From contig CBDFFH010000012.1 of assembly GCA_965246715.1 (NCBI GenBank), positions 1 through 64,000 of the forward strand: a DNA stretch of 64,000 nucleotides. Reading direction: 5' to 3'. Numbering within the stretch: the stretch's first letter is position 1; the number at the start of each line of letters is the position of its first letter. The notes under the pieces were generated by a model that was given only the letters and a program-made list of their open reading frames with translations, made no database searches and was not told where the DNA came from. Below are positions 10,603-21,356 of the stretch, piece after piece. Position numbers and translations under genes: made by a program. Source of the stretch: Chamaesiphon sp. GTDB lineage: Bacteria; Cyanobacteriota; Cyanobacteriia; Cyanobacteriales; Chamaesiphonaceae.

Positions 10603-11256
10603 ATGACAATCCAACTACGTGTCTATGTACCCCCGCATCCACTCATCAAGCACTGGCTGGGGATGGCACGAAATGCAGAGACTCCGCCGAAAGTCATGCG
10701 GCAAACATTGGCAGAACTGGGTAAATGGTTGGCATATGAGGCGATTCGCGAATGGTTGCCAACGATCGATATTCCACTCCAGACACCCGTAGCCGAGACG
10801 ACGGCAACTTTTATTCACCCACAAACTAAACTAGCGATCGTGCCGATCTTACGGGCGGGATTGACTTTAGTAGAAGGAATTCAGTCGGTTTTACCATTAG
10901 AGTCAGCAATTTATCATCTTGGTTTGGTTCGCAATGAAGAGACATTGCAGCCAAGTTGTTATCTCAATAAATTACCCGACAAGTTCGATCCAGACACCCG
11001 AATTTTGATTGCCGAACCGATGTTGGCAACTGGCGGGACGATTATGCAAGCGATGTCCGAACTGACACAGCGAGGCATCGATCCGGCTTTAGTCAGAATT
11101 ATTGCGATTATTGCGGCACCCCCAGCTTTACAGCAATTAAGCATGGCTTATCCCAGCTTGACTATTTATGCGGCAATGATTGACGAACATGTCAACGAAC
11201 GCGGTTTTATCGTGCCAGGATTGGGCGATGTTGGCGATCGAGCTTTTGGTACGTAA
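10603..11256 (+). CDS. upp: Uracil phosphoribosyltransferase
   Basis: HPLI, PILRAG, PMLATGG and IVPGLGDVGDR motifs. Confidence 0.95.
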   Translation: MTIQLRVYVPPHPLIKHWLGMARNAETPPKVMRQTLAELGKWLAYEAIREWLPTIDIPLQTPVAETTATFIHPQTKLAIVPILRAGLTLVEGIQSVLPLESAIYHLGLVRNEETLQPSCYLNKLPDKFDPDTRILIAEPMLATGGTIMQAMSELTQRGIDPALVRIIAIIAAPPALQQLSMAYPSLTIYAAMIDEHVNERGFIVPGLGDVGDRAFGT

Positions 11257-11284
11257 GCATAAATTATCCATCAAAAATTGACTA

Positions 11285-11417
11285 GTCCCTAGTTACTACC
11301 TATAACCCCAGCGGTTAGAAACCGCCGCTCGGACTGAATTATTAGTCCGCGAAGGCGGACTTGGCATCATTAGCCGCGACTTCAGTCGCAGGAAAGAAAT
11401 AGCTAGCAACTTGGGTT
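11285..11417. repeat. Degenerate MITE carrying AGTCCGCGAAGGCGGACT palindromes
   Basis: Right end TAGCAACTTGGGTT matches the element at 21913-22066; the left end is decayed. Confidence 0.6.
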
Positions 11418-11504
11418 AACTAGTCTCTATCCAACAACCGACCATCATTGATACTTACAATTAATTCTTTTATAGTGAAAGGACAAATGTAGAGAGCAAA
11501 ATTT

Positions 11505-12317
11505 ATGGTACGGCGTTGGTTGGTGATTATTTTTGCGATCGCGTTAACGATCTTCATGCCAGTCGCGCCAGGATGGGCACAGCCAGCACCTACCGATGTT
11601 ACTGACGCTCAATTTCAATTGGGTGACGAGCTGCGAACAGCGGCTTTTACCGCTACTAATAACGGTGATTTTGTCAGCGCCGAAAAGTCTTGGACGAACC
11701 TACTCAAACTGTTTCCTGACAATCCGGCAATTTGGAGCAATCGCGGTAATTCTCGCGTCAGTCAAAATAAATTAGTCGAAGCGCTCGCCGATTTTAATAA
11801 ATCGATCGAGTTATTACCCGATCGAACTGATGCCTATCTCAATCGGGGCACCGCTTTAGAAGGCTTGGGGAAATGGGATGAAGCGATCGCCGATTATCAA
11901 TATATCCTATCGATCGATCCCCAAGATGCAATGGCTTACAATAATTTGGGTAATGCCTATGCAGGGCAGGATAAATGGGATCTCGCGATTAAAAATTATG
12001 TCAAAGCTTCAGAACTCGCACCTAATTTTGCATTTGCTCGCGCCAATTACGCACTAGCTTTATATCAAACTGGTGAGATTCCCGAAGCGATTCGCACGAT
12101 GAAAAATATCGTCCGCAAATATCGAGATTTCCCAGACGTGCGAGCGGCTTTGACTGCGGCGCTGTGGCAAGATGGTCAAAAGGGTGAAGCGGAAAGTAAT
12201 TGGGTCGCGGTAGTAGGTCTCGATCGACGTTATAAGGATATCGATTGGGTCAAAAATACCCGTCGTTGGCCACCGAATATGGTGGCAGCTCTAGATAAGT
12301 TTCTAAAGTTGCAGTAA
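11505..12317 (+). CDS. TPR repeat protein with signal peptide
   Basis: N-terminal hydrophobic segment plus several NRG/NLG TPR units. Confidence 0.9.
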   Translation: MVRRWLVIIFAIALTIFMPVAPGWAQPAPTDVTDAQFQLGDELRTAAFTATNNGDFVSAEKSWTNLLKLFPDNPAIWSNRGNSRVSQNKLVEALADFNKSIELLPDRTDAYLNRGTALEGLGKWDEAIADYQYILSIDPQDAMAYNNLGNAYAGQDKWDLAIKNYVKASELAPNFAFARANYALALYQTGEIPEAIRTMKNIVRKYRDFPDVRAALTAALWQDGQKGEAESNWVAVVGLDRRYKDIDWVKNTRRWPPNMVAALDKFLKLQ

Positions 12318-12333
12318 TCGATAAATCCTACTA

Positions 12334-12960
12334 TTAAGATCCAATAACTGTGTGAAAACGATCGCGCATAATTTCTCGATCGTAATCTAATAAATAGCGA
12401 TCGAATTTATCATAAGCCGATCTCAGTATGCCCAAATTATTGCCGATTACATCCATCCCACGCTCGTCGTAGGGATGAACCAATATCCCTAGTTCTAAAT
12501 CGAATAGGTAAACATCACCCAACAATCTGGGGCGAATGCCAATGTCACTGGAGATCGCACCCCATAATAATTGAGGGATAACCGTGCGATCGATCTTAAA
12601 CGCGATCGAAGTTCGCCACCTATCGTCTTCTTCGTCGCCCACTCGATCTAGATTTCTCCAGGTGTGATAAGACTTGGGTATTTTTAAACCACAACTCGCG
12701 ATCGATCTAAATCTCGATAAACCAGACAAAAAGCTGCCATCACCATAACTATATAAACAAATCGCCGCATGTAAATCTCTAGCATCGGCAAACATAAAAT
12801 TGGTAATTTCGGCAGCTTTTTGATAAGCTTGCAAAAACATGTGGATATAACTTGGATTGCCGGATTCAGACAACTCAAATCTCAGTCCATTAGGATGGTT
12901 ATAAAATAAGGCATGACCGACTGCATTGCTACCAAAAGTGTCTTCGATCGCTTTTTTCAT
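12334..12960 (-). CDS. DUF3885-like protein
   Basis: LRFEL N-terminal motif and HPYDERGMDVI...LLDYDR C-terminal motif. Confidence 0.7.
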   Translation of the reverse strand: MKKAIEDTFGSNAVGHALFYNHPNGLRFELSESGNPSYIHMFLQAYQKAAEITNFMFADARDLHAAICLYSYGDGSFLSGLSRFRSIASCGLKIPKSYHTWRNLDRVGDEEDDRWRTSIAFKIDRTVIPQLLWGAISSDIGIRPRLLGDVYLFDLELGILVHPYDERGMDVIGNNLGILRSAYDKFDRYLLDYDREIMRDRFHTVIGS

Positions 12961-12974
12961 CTAGTATTTATCGC

Positions 12975-13574
12975 TTACCAAATTTTCTGAAGATCGAGAA
13001 CAAATCCTGGTAAAACATTCTCACCGCCGATTTCAGTAGGAGCTAAAAGTACTTCTTTATCCTGACCTAATCGAAAGATTTCCACTTGTTTATCTTGAGG
13101 ATTAATCAACCAACCTAATCGCACTCCAGATTTTTGATATTCCAGCATTTTAGATTGCAATGCACTCAATCGATCTGTTGACGATCTCAGTTCGATGATA
13201 AAATCTGGGACGACAGGAATAAATTGCTCCAAATCGACTCCTGCCAATCGAGAGTTTTGGATCCAAGAAACATCTGGGGATGGTCTTCCACCCGATGCTG
13301 CCAGAAAATCATAGCCAGTCGAAGAATCAAACCCAGTGCCAGTAGCATTAGCTTCCACCCAAGCCCAGAATTGACCAGTGAGACTAAAATTACGCTTGCC
13401 ACTACTGCCAAAAGTTGGGGGCATGACGATTAACTCTCCTGTGCTGGTTAACTCCAAGCGTAGATCGGGATTAGCTTGGCATAATCGATCGAACTGTTCG
13501 GCTGTAACGTGGAGAGTAGTGGTACTGATATCGATGAATAGTGGCTGAGTATCTCTCGATTTGGTAGTAGTCAT
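12975..13574 (-). CDS. Uma2 family endonuclease-fold protein
   Basis: LRLELT...SPDVSW...PDFIIELRS...LGWLINP. Confidence 0.9.
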   Translation of the reverse strand: MTTTKSRDTQPLFIDISTTTLHVTAEQFDRLCQANPDLRLELTSTGELIVMPPTFGSSGKRNFSLTGQFWAWVEANATGTGFDSSTGYDFLAASGGRPSPDVSWIQNSRLAGVDLEQFIPVVPDFIIELRSSTDRLSALQSKMLEYQKSGVRLGWLINPQDKQVEIFRLGQDKEVLLAPTEIGGENVLPGFVLDLQKIW

Positions 13575-13595
13575 AAAAACCTCTAAATTTATAGA

Positions 13596-13752
13596 CTCAG
13601 ATCTTGCACCAGTCGAAAAATACTAGTGCTAACCATAGATCCAGGGTACCCACAAGGGGCACCCCTACAGGTTAATTGTGTAGGGGTGCCCCTTGTGGGT
13701 ACCCTAAAATCTCTGCTTTTATTAGTCTTTATGTATTGGTGCAAGATGTGAG
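13596..13752. mobile_element. MITE (157 bp) with CTCA(G/C)ATCTTGCACCA terminal inverted repeats
   Basis: TIRs, a 4-bp flanking duplication TAGA, and a long internal palindrome AGGGTACCCACAAGGGGCACCCCTACA...TGTAGGGGTGCCCCTTGTGGGTACCCT. Confidence 0.8.
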
Positions 13753-13769
13753 TAGATGTTTTGTTAGTT

Positions 13770-15311
13770 CTAGATGCCTAAATCCGCAGCAATCCGGTGA
13801 GCGCAGGCAAATCCCGAGAAGGCAACAGCATTTAACCCCTGACCTGGAAAAGTACTATCCCCAACACAATACAATCCTGGCACCTTCGTGCGATTGAATG
13901 GCATATTTAATAGCCCTGGTAACTTCCGCCGAGGGATCGGACCATAACTGCCATCGATCCGCCCCAGAAAGCGTCTGTGAGTGCGAGGGGTGCCGATTTC
14001 CATAAAGTCTAAGCCAGCATTTAATCCTGGGAAAATCCGCTCCAATCGATCGAGCATTACACCCGCTCGTTCCTCTTTTTTCGCGTCATACTCACTGGGT
14101 GATAAACCTTGCCAATCACTCATCCAGCTCGGCGTAAAAGCGTGAACGATATGGTGCCCCTCCGGTGCCAAGCTCGGATCGAGTAATGTCGGAATCGAGA
14201 CAAAAATCGTCCCCTCTGGCTGCTCCATCTGCGACCAATCTTCGAGCAGAATATGATGACACTCGGTACCTGCGGGTAAAACTTTTGCATCCACCCCTAA
14301 ATGTAGACTCAAAAAAGCTGGCGACTTCTGGTAGCGTCGTTGCCATTTACGCTCTTGAGCTGGCATTGCTTCTGGAGGTAAGAGTTGCTCGAACGTATCC
14401 CACCGCGTCGCATTCGAGACAATCCGTTTCGCGCGATAGGTCTTACCATTAGCGACTTCTACCCCAACAGCTTTACCATCTTCGGTAACGATCTGGATGA
14501 CTCGCGATTTGTATTCGATTTGTCCGCCTGCTTTTTCTAGCCCAGACACTAACTTTTGGGCGATTTGGCCGACTCCACCTTTAGGATAATTAATGCCGCC
14601 ATAATGCCTGTCAGCAAATACCATCCCGGCGTTGATCATCGGTGTTTGGTCGGCGGGGACTACCGACCAGATGTAACACTCGATGTCGATGAATCTGAGG
14701 ACAGCCGGATCTTTGATGTACTTACGGGCGATATCGCCAGCATTTAGGGGCAAGTATTTCAGCAACCCCAGACAAGCCGCTGGATGTTGGAAGAACACCC
14801 GAGTTAAATAGCGCAACTCCTCCAGCGAGAGCAAATCCATCGCATTCAGACAATTAAATACCTGCCAACACTCATCATAAAATTGCCGAATTCCCCGCGC
14901 TTCATGGGGAAACTTAGCAATTAGCTCTTGTAAAAATCGCTCGTAATCCTGATGAACCTTGATATCTAAATTATCGGGCAAGTGGTATTGCACCTGGACG
15001 GGATCGGGAACCGTCTCGATGCTCTCACCTACTCCAGCTAATGCCCTAGTCAGCAAATTGGTCGTACCCTGCTTACCAAATCCAAAAATCATCGAAGCAC
15101 CAACATCAAACCGATAGCCCTCGCGATCGAAATACCCCGAACTTCCGCCAGGAATCAAATACCGCTCCAATACCAACACCTTTGCGCCTTTGGCAGCTAA
15201 CTGAGTTGCCGTCACCAGTCCGCCAATCCCCGAACCAATAATAATTGCATCAAAAGTAGAGCGTTGGCGGAGGATCTCAGAACGAGAATCGGTATTATCA
15301 CTCACAGTCAT
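13770..15311 (-). CDS. crtH: Carotenoid isomerase CrtH
   Basis: GSGIGG FAD motif, FDVGASMIFGFG and GDSTFPGQGLNAVAFSG. Confidence 0.9.
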   Translation of the reverse strand: MTVSDNTDSRSEILRQRSTFDAIIIGSGIGGLVTATQLAAKGAKVLVLERYLIPGGSSGYFDREGYRFDVGASMIFGFGKQGTTNLLTRALAGVGESIETVPDPVQVQYHLPDNLDIKVHQDYERFLQELIAKFPHEARGIRQFYDECWQVFNCLNAMDLLSLEELRYLTRVFFQHPAACLGLLKYLPLNAGDIARKYIKDPAVLRFIDIECYIWSVVPADQTPMINAGMVFADRHYGGINYPKGGVGQIAQKLVSGLEKAGGQIEYKSRVIQIVTEDGKAVGVEVANGKTYRAKRIVSNATRWDTFEQLLPPEAMPAQERKWQRRYQKSPAFLSLHLGVDAKVLPAGTECHHILLEDWSQMEQPEGTIFVSIPTLLDPSLAPEGHHIVHAFTPSWMSDWQGLSPSEYDAKKEERAGVMLDRLERIFPGLNAGLDFMEIGTPRTHRRFLGRIDGSYGPIPRRKLPGLLNMPFNRTKVPGLYCVGDSTFPGQGLNAVAFSGFACAHRIAADLGI

Positions 15312-15487
15312 AAATGAATATTTAGAAAATCTATAATCGAGCTTTATCTAATTTTACAGCCTTTCCCCGCTCACCAAAACCATGAAACTCAAACACGCTG
15401 GAAACTACAAAGTATTCTTCAGAAAGTAAGCTCGATCGAATCGACACGGCTTTATTTAGCGATCGGGACTATGCAGATCGGTGGAGT

Positions 15488-15514
15488 AATTATAAATTGC
15501 GCCAATTTATAATT
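15488..15514. promoter_or_regulatory. Operator-like perfect inverted repeat
   Basis: AATTATAAATTG-CGC-CAATTTATAATT between the divergent crtH and aldo/keto reductase genes. Confidence 0.5.
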
Positions 15515-15574
15515 TGCAGTAGCCAAAACCGATGCCAAAGTTTTGCTCAACCTTAAGTTAGAGGAGCAACATTC

Positions 15575-16690
15575 ATGTCTCTAGATACGTATTATACATT
15601 AGGGCATTCGGGTCTGAGAGTCAGTCGCATCGCTTTGGGTGCGATGACATTTGGCAATGATTGGGGGTGGGGATCTGATGAAGCTACAGCGCGGGAGTTG
15701 TTCGATACTTATATCGATTGCGGTGGCAATTTTATCGATACTGCGGATTTATATACTAATGGCACAAGCGAGTCTTGGGTCGGAAGATTCATCGCCGATC
15801 GCAGCTTGCGCGATCGAGTTATTATTACTACTAAATTTAGCTACAGTTCGGAACCAGGCAATCCCAATGCCAGCGGTAACGGTCGTAAGAATATGCTTCG
15901 GGCGGTAGAGAGTTCGCTCCGACGGCTGGGTACAGACTACATCGACCTCTATTTATTGCATACGTGGGATCGGGTGACACCTGCTGAAGAAGTAATGCAG
16001 ACTTTTGACGATTTGGTTCGCTCTGGTAAAGTGCGCCATATTGGTTTGAGCGACACGCCAGCTTGGTACGCCTCTCGCGCCCAAACGCTGGCTGAATGGC
16101 ACGACTACGCACCACTGATCAATCTCCAACTAGAGTATTCGCTGGTGGAGCGCAATATCGAACGTGAGTTTATTCCCCTCGGTTTGGAACTGGGAATGGG
16201 GATCACGGCATGGAGTGCGCTGGCAAATGGGTTTCTCAGTGGCAAATATCGGCAGCAAGACGATACAGTTACTGGCTCGGGACGACTGGAAACCCAGAAA
16301 CACAATCACAATCCATCATTTCAAAAATTCACCGAACGCAACTGGCAGATTGTCGCAGAATTGGATCGGGTCGCCAAAGAACTCGATCGCAGTATGGCAC
16401 AAGTAGCGATCGCTTGGACGGCCAGCCAACCCGGGATTGCTTCGACGATTATCGGGGCGACCAAACGCACTCAACTGGAGGACAATCTCAAAGCCTTGGA
16501 TTTTGAGATTCCGATCGAATTAAGCAGTCGATTGGATGCGGTCAGTCATCCAGAGTCCCAATTTCCTTACAGTTACTTTGAATCTGAGGTTCAAGGTGGG
16601 TTGCACGGTGGTAAGCCAGTCAGCTCGAAGCCAGCCAGTTATTTCCCAATTGACGCTGTTACATCCGATCGTAAGCGCCCTAGTGGTTAA
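15575..16690 (+). CDS. Aldo/keto reductase
   Basis: IDTADLY, TK, LGTDYIDLY and GKVRHIGLS motifs. Confidence 0.95.
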   Translation: MSLDTYYTLGHSGLRVSRIALGAMTFGNDWGWGSDEATARELFDTYIDCGGNFIDTADLYTNGTSESWVGRFIADRSLRDRVIITTKFSYSSEPGNPNASGNGRKNMLRAVESSLRRLGTDYIDLYLLHTWDRVTPAEEVMQTFDDLVRSGKVRHIGLSDTPAWYASRAQTLAEWHDYAPLINLQLEYSLVERNIEREFIPLGLELGMGITAWSALANGFLSGKYRQQDDTVTGSGRLETQKHNHNPSFQKFTERNWQIVAELDRVAKELDRSMAQVAIAWTASQPGIASTIIGATKRTQLEDNLKALDFEIPIELSSRLDAVSHPESQFPYSYFESEVQGGLHGGKPVSSKPASYFPIDAVTSDRKRPSG

Positions 16691-16858
16691 AACCGCTGCT
16701 CGTGATACGAAGTCCGCCTGTCTTGACGCGCTAAACCCTCGGGGAACCCGAGGAGCGCGCGTCGCTACGCGGACTGATATATTTAGTCCGCCTACGCGGA
16801 CTAGGCAACATTAGCCACGATTGAAATCGTAGGCGTTCTATTGGTAGCAACTTGAGTT
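16675..16858. repeat. REP-like palindrome cassette with a nested 47-nt micro-element (16719-16765)
   Basis: AGTCCGCC^TACGCGGACT is interrupted; an intact copy lies at 16785-16802; MITE-type right end GGTAGCAACTTGAGTT. Confidence 0.75.
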
Positions 16859-16868
16859 AGTGGATTGA

Positions 16869-17774
16869 CTAGTAAGGCAAACAAAATCCTGTAACTAACA
16901 ATATCCCACTCACAAAATGTAGCCGCACGGCGAGATATTTACAGGTGCGAATGCGTTCTGGCCGATCGTAATATTCACCGACAAAGTTAGTTAATTTGAG
17001 TGCTAATGGGATACTCAAAAATACTAATAAAGTAGCGATTGGAAATAAGCCACTGATGACACCGAGCGCAGTGAAAGCATAAATACTGACAGTACTCCAC
17101 TGCAATACCTGCGCGCCCATTTTTGTACCCATTCTGACGATCGGTGATAATTTACCAGCCGCAAGATCGTCTTTTACTTGATGAAAATGCGAACAAAATA
17201 AAATTAGACTCGTCGAAATTCCAATAATTAATGAAGCTGCGAGATTGGCGATCGACCAAGATTGCACCTGACTGTAATAAGCCGCACTCAAAGCCAACGG
17301 CCCAAAACAGATCGTACAAATTATTTCGCCCAAACCTTGATATCCCAATCGAAACGGCGGCCCCTGATAGGTATAGCCGAGAAAACAAGCGAGTAAAACG
17401 ATTGCTACTACCGTAAGATCTTGCTGCCACCAGGCGATCGCGATAATTCCTAAAATTCCTAATCCTAAAAATAGATTTGCCAACCAAAACATTAAGTTCC
17501 GATTGCCAGTTAGATTCACTAATGATTCGGCCTTATTAACATCGATACCTGTATCGCTATCAAAGACATCATTGCTAATATTTAGCCAAGCGATTATGGC
17601 GATCGCTGACAATATAAATGTAGCTAAAATATTGAGCTTAATAACGTGACTGTCTGCATAAGCAACAGCAGAGCCGACCGCAATCGGGATGATGGCAACA
17701 GTATACATGGGTGGTTTGATTGCAGCCAGCCACAATTTAAATCTAGGCTGTCCGATCGCTTCAGCTATAGTCAT
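16869..17774 (-). CDS. menA: 2-carboxy-1,4-naphthoquinone phytyltransferase (UbiA family)
   Basis: AAIKPPMY, NDVFD, YQGPPFRLGY and HFHQVKDD motifs. Confidence 0.9.
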   Translation of the reverse strand: MTIAEAIGQPRFKLWLAAIKPPMYTVAIIPIAVGSAVAYADSHVIKLNILATFILSAIAIIAWLNISNDVFDSDTGIDVNKAESLVNLTGNRNLMFWLANLFLGLGILGIIAIAWWQQDLTVVAIVLLACFLGYTYQGPPFRLGYQGLGEIICTICFGPLALSAAYYSQVQSWSIANLAASLIIGISTSLILFCSHFHQVKDDLAAGKLSPIVRMGTKMGAQVLQWSTVSIYAFTALGVISGLFPIATLLVFLSIPLALKLTNFVGEYYDRPERIRTCKYLAVRLHFVSGILLVTGFCLPY

Positions 17775-17850
17775 AATTAAAATAAGATTTCAAATCTATC
17801 TCTAGCTATATCACGATCGCTAATTCTCAAAATCCCACTCGCATAGAAAA

Positions 17851-19071
17851 TTAACACGTCAAGAGTAGATTCAATCGGCGATCGTACTGCTGGACGAGAT
17901 CGAGCGCCAGTGTTAAGTCGGTGGGGCTACTGTAGAGAAGCTGCCGCGCTCGGACGATCGCATCTGCCAAAATCGGGTCTTCCGCCTTGCCCTTCGCCAG
18001 TGCCTTCGCACCGAGAGCATCCAATCTGCCCCGCAACTCCTGGCGGGTATCTAGTGGAAGCCGATTGGCACTCAATGCCGACTGCGCTAAACGGGTATAT
18101 TCCCGAACTCGATCGAACCAATTTGTCAATCCCACTCTCACTGGTGCGAGCTTTCCCGCCTCAAAAGTCGATACCAACCGCTCTAACCATTGCTCCATCG
18201 CGACGATCTCGGCATCGGGGATCGGCAAACTCATTGGCAAATTATGTCCGATCTTAGCCTGACTTTCACTAGCTGCCGCGATCGCTTCGAGATTGAGTTG
18301 TCTCAATTGCTGAAGCTGTTGTCCCGCTGTCGTAAATTCAGTTTGGAGCTGGTGGCGTTGCTGGGAAAGAGCTGCCAACTCGCGGCGGGTATTATTAATC
18401 AACGGTGTCAGATCGCGACTGACAGCCAGCTCTACACCCAAAGGATCGCGATCGATCTCCAATTGCAGATTGCTAAAATTAGCTTGCGCCGCACTCAGCG
18501 CGGGTGAAACCGATACTTGTAAATTCTGTGCTAATTGTTGGAGATCGACTAACTCCTGACGATCGATAATTAACTGTGATTCCAACCTCATCCACGCTAA
18601 ATCTACTGCCACTAAAGTATCTCTAGCAACTCGAAAAGCCAACATCATCCGTGCCAATAAATCGGTTGCCGAAATAGTTTGGAGCTGAAGATTCGGGCTG
18701 AGTAAATCTCGCTGAGCGAAAGGTGTTTGAATACCCGGAAGTTGAATCGATGCCGCTGTGAGTAACTTAGAGATTTCTTGCAGTCGTTCGTTATTAATAA
18801 ATATCGATGGTAACTCTTGCCTAAGCTTCCGCGCTCGATCGATCGTGTGATTTAATAATTCTAAATCCTCAAATAACCGCTCGATCGCCGTCAACGCCTC
18901 ACCCACTCGCTGTTGGCTGATACCCGTCAAACCAGTCGGTGGATTGCCCGTTCTCGATACCCGCTGGTAAGCAGGTAGGTCGTATAATTCCAGCAAGTTT
19001 TGATTGGCCGCATCGACTTTTTGCCGCCATTCACTTAATAAAATATCGATCTGTGCCAGCGTTATATCCAT
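17851..19071 (-). CDS. Hypothetical coiled-coil protein
   Basis: 406-aa helical ORF rich in Q/L/E/R. Confidence 0.75.
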   Translation of the reverse strand: MDITLAQIDILLSEWRQKVDAANQNLLELYDLPAYQRVSRTGNPPTGLTGISQQRVGEALTAIERLFEDLELLNHTIDRARKLRQELPSIFINNERLQEISKLLTAASIQLPGIQTPFAQRDLLSPNLQLQTISATDLLARMMLAFRVARDTLVAVDLAWMRLESQLIIDRQELVDLQQLAQNLQVSVSPALSAAQANFSNLQLEIDRDPLGVELAVSRDLTPLINNTRRELAALSQQRHQLQTEFTTAGQQLQQLRQLNLEAIAAASESQAKIGHNLPMSLPIPDAEIVAMEQWLERLVSTFEAGKLAPVRVGLTNWFDRVREYTRLAQSALSANRLPLDTRQELRGRLDALGAKALAKGKAEDPILADAIVRARQLLYSSPTDLTLALDLVQQYDRRLNLLLTC

Positions 19072-19166
19072 TTTCCGAACTGATGAATTATGACTTGTAA
19101 ATTATAATTTTATAGATCGCGATTCAATCGTTGATATAATTAACCTGGTTGTTTGGCTAAAAAACA

Positions 19167-19715
19167 ATGACTTTAATTACTGCGAAGTGGAGTCTAGAGG
19201 ACTACCATCATATGATTGCGACTGGATTATTGGACGATCGAGCGGTAGAGCTAATTGACGGAGAGATAGTTGAAATGTCGCCAGAAGGTGTCCCCCACTC
19301 ATTTTATTGTCGCGGAACAGCCAAATATCTTCGAGCGATCTTAGGCGAACGAGCAGAAATTAGTGAAGCTCACCCCATTACTTTACCCAACAACTCAGAA
19401 CCAGAACCAGATATCGCTATCTTAAAAGCGCCAGATACTCTTTACCAATCTCGTCATCCGCTCCCTAACGAGATCTTCTGGCTAATCGAGATATCTAACA
19501 CTACTTTAGAAAAGGATTTGGGCGTGAAGAGAGATCTTTATGCTCGATCGGGTATTCTCGAATATTGGGTAATGAATTTACAAACCTCCGCGCTGCTGGT
19601 ATTCCGAGATGTCACAGCAGAAGGCTACCAGTCAGAAACTTCCATTACCAGTGGGACGCTCTCCCCTCTCGCTTTTCCCGATATCTCGATCGAAATCTCA
19701 AGATTATTCCGATAG
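19167..19715 (+). CDS. Uma2 family endonuclease-fold protein
   Basis: VELIDGEIVEM, EPEPDIA, IEIS and GILEYWV motifs. Confidence 0.9.
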   Translation: MTLITAKWSLEDYHHMIATGLLDDRAVELIDGEIVEMSPEGVPHSFYCRGTAKYLRAILGERAEISEAHPITLPNNSEPEPDIAILKAPDTLYQSRHPLPNEIFWLIEISNTTLEKDLGVKRDLYARSGILEYWVMNLQTSALLVFRDVTAEGYQSETSITSGTLSPLAFPDISIEISRLFR

Positions 19716-19734
19716 TCTAATAGTTCCCTACTAG

Positions 19735-19978
19735 GACTACCGTGTACGCGTAATTAACTTACTCCTCACTAATAACTTACCGTTGAGTAACTGCCGAAGG
19801 CAATCCAAGCTAGCACACTAGCAATCCATTCGCAGGGGAGTCTGAGGGGCGGCGACCCGCTCCTCAGCGGGGGATCTGGGGGTCGGAACCCCCAGATCCG
19901 GGTTTTTGGCTCCTACCAACAACGTTCGTACTTCTGAACGATCGATCGATTCTTCGATTCTTATCCCAAACTGACGTT
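19735..19978. repeat. Composite repeat: reverse copy of the GC-rich 37263 repeat plus a MITE right end
   Basis: 19833-19903 is the reverse complement of the 37263 family; ends TTCTTATCCCAAACTGACGTT. Confidence 0.65.
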
Positions 19979-21158
19979 ACTTAGGCTGGTGCCAATATTG
20001 ATATGCAGTATAGGCCATCGTTACCACACCTGTAATAATCGCCGACTCATCTACCATAAACTGTGGATGATGGAGCGGATGATTTTTACCCTCCGCAACA
20101 CCCACCCCCAACCGAAACATCGATCCGGGGGCATGTTGCAGGTACACAGAGAAGTCCTCAGCACCAAGTGAAGGTTCTGGTAGGATTTGCACCCGATCGC
20201 TGCCACAGGCGGCTCTAGCCGATGATTCCAAAATCTGCGTCATCATCATGTCATTTTGTACCGATGGTACCCCCCGCCGATAATCAACCTGACACTTAGC
20301 CCCATAAGTCCGGCAGATATCGGTCGTAATTTGCTCGATCCAAGCAGGTAAAGTCGCATGGGTATCGGGATGGAGCGATCGCACTGTCCCCGACATCTGC
20401 ACGCGATCGGCAATAATATTTGGTGCCCGTCCGCCACTAATTTTACCGATCGTCAAGACGATCGGCCGTAACGGGTTCTGAGTACGCCCAATCGCCTGTT
20501 GCAGGCTGGTAATTACTTGAGCGGCAATCCAGATCGCATCAATTGCTTCATGCGGTCTCGCGCCATGTCCCGACTCGCCAATAATCGTAATCTCCAGATC
20601 GTCAGCCGCCGCTGTCAGCGCACCGTAACGAATCCCGATCGAGCCAGCCGGAATCGATGGAAATACATGGAGCGAGAAAATCCCATCGACTTCCTTCATC
20701 GCCCCGTCAGCGACCATCCAGGCGGCACCCTGGGCAATTTCTTCAGCGGGTTGGAAGATAAACCGCATCTTCCCTGGTAATTCCTCCCCCAATTGTGCGA
20801 GCACCATCGCCGTACCCAAGCCCACAGTGGTATGCACATCGTGTCCGCAAGCGTGCATCACGCCCTCATTATGCGAACTAAATGCCAAACCAGTTCGCTC
20901 GACGATCGGCAATGCATCCATATCGGTCCGAATCGCCAGCAACCTTGCGTCCGTCCCCGTTCCTGTTAATTCACCAATCACCCCAGTTTTTCCCACAGAT
21001 TCCTGTGTCTGCAAGCCAGCAGCAGATAGTACTCCAGCAATATATGCGGCTGTCTGATGTTCTTGTCCGCTTAATTCTGGATGCGCGTGAATGTGACGGC
21101 GAATTTCAATTAATCTAGGAGCGAGAGTTTCGGCGATCGATCTAATCTTGGCAAGCAT
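19977..21158 (-). CDS. M20 family amidohydrolase
   Basis: HPELS, RTDMDALP, MHACGHD, FQPAEE and AEDF motifs. Confidence 0.95.
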   Translation of the reverse strand: MLAKIRSIAETLAPRLIEIRRHIHAHPELSGQEHQTAAYIAGVLSAAGLQTQESVGKTGVIGELTGTGTDARLLAIRTDMDALPIVERTGLAFSSHNEGVMHACGHDVHTTVGLGTAMVLAQLGEELPGKMRFIFQPAEEIAQGAAWMVADGAMKEVDGIFSLHVFPSIPAGSIGIRYGALTAAADDLEITIIGESGHGARPHEAIDAIWIAAQVITSLQQAIGRTQNPLRPIVLTIGKISGGRAPNIIADRVQMSGTVRSLHPDTHATLPAWIEQITTDICRTYGAKCQVDYRRGVPSVQNDMMMTQILESSARAACGSDRVQILPEPSLGAEDFSVYLQHAPGSMFRLGVGVAEGKNHPLHHPQFMVDESAIITGVVTMAYTAYQYWHQPK

Positions 21159-21356
21159 TGCTTAGGGGATAGGGATTAGGGATTGTATCTTTACGGGTGC
21201 CCCTTGTCGGCAGCGATCGAAGTCGAAATGTGGGTACCTTGCTAGAGCGATTGAGTTAATATTTTATTATTCCGTACAAATGAGGATTATCGATCGATTT
21301 AGATGCAATGAGCCGATCTCTGGTGGCGATTCCTTGTCCTCTATTCCTTAACTCCA

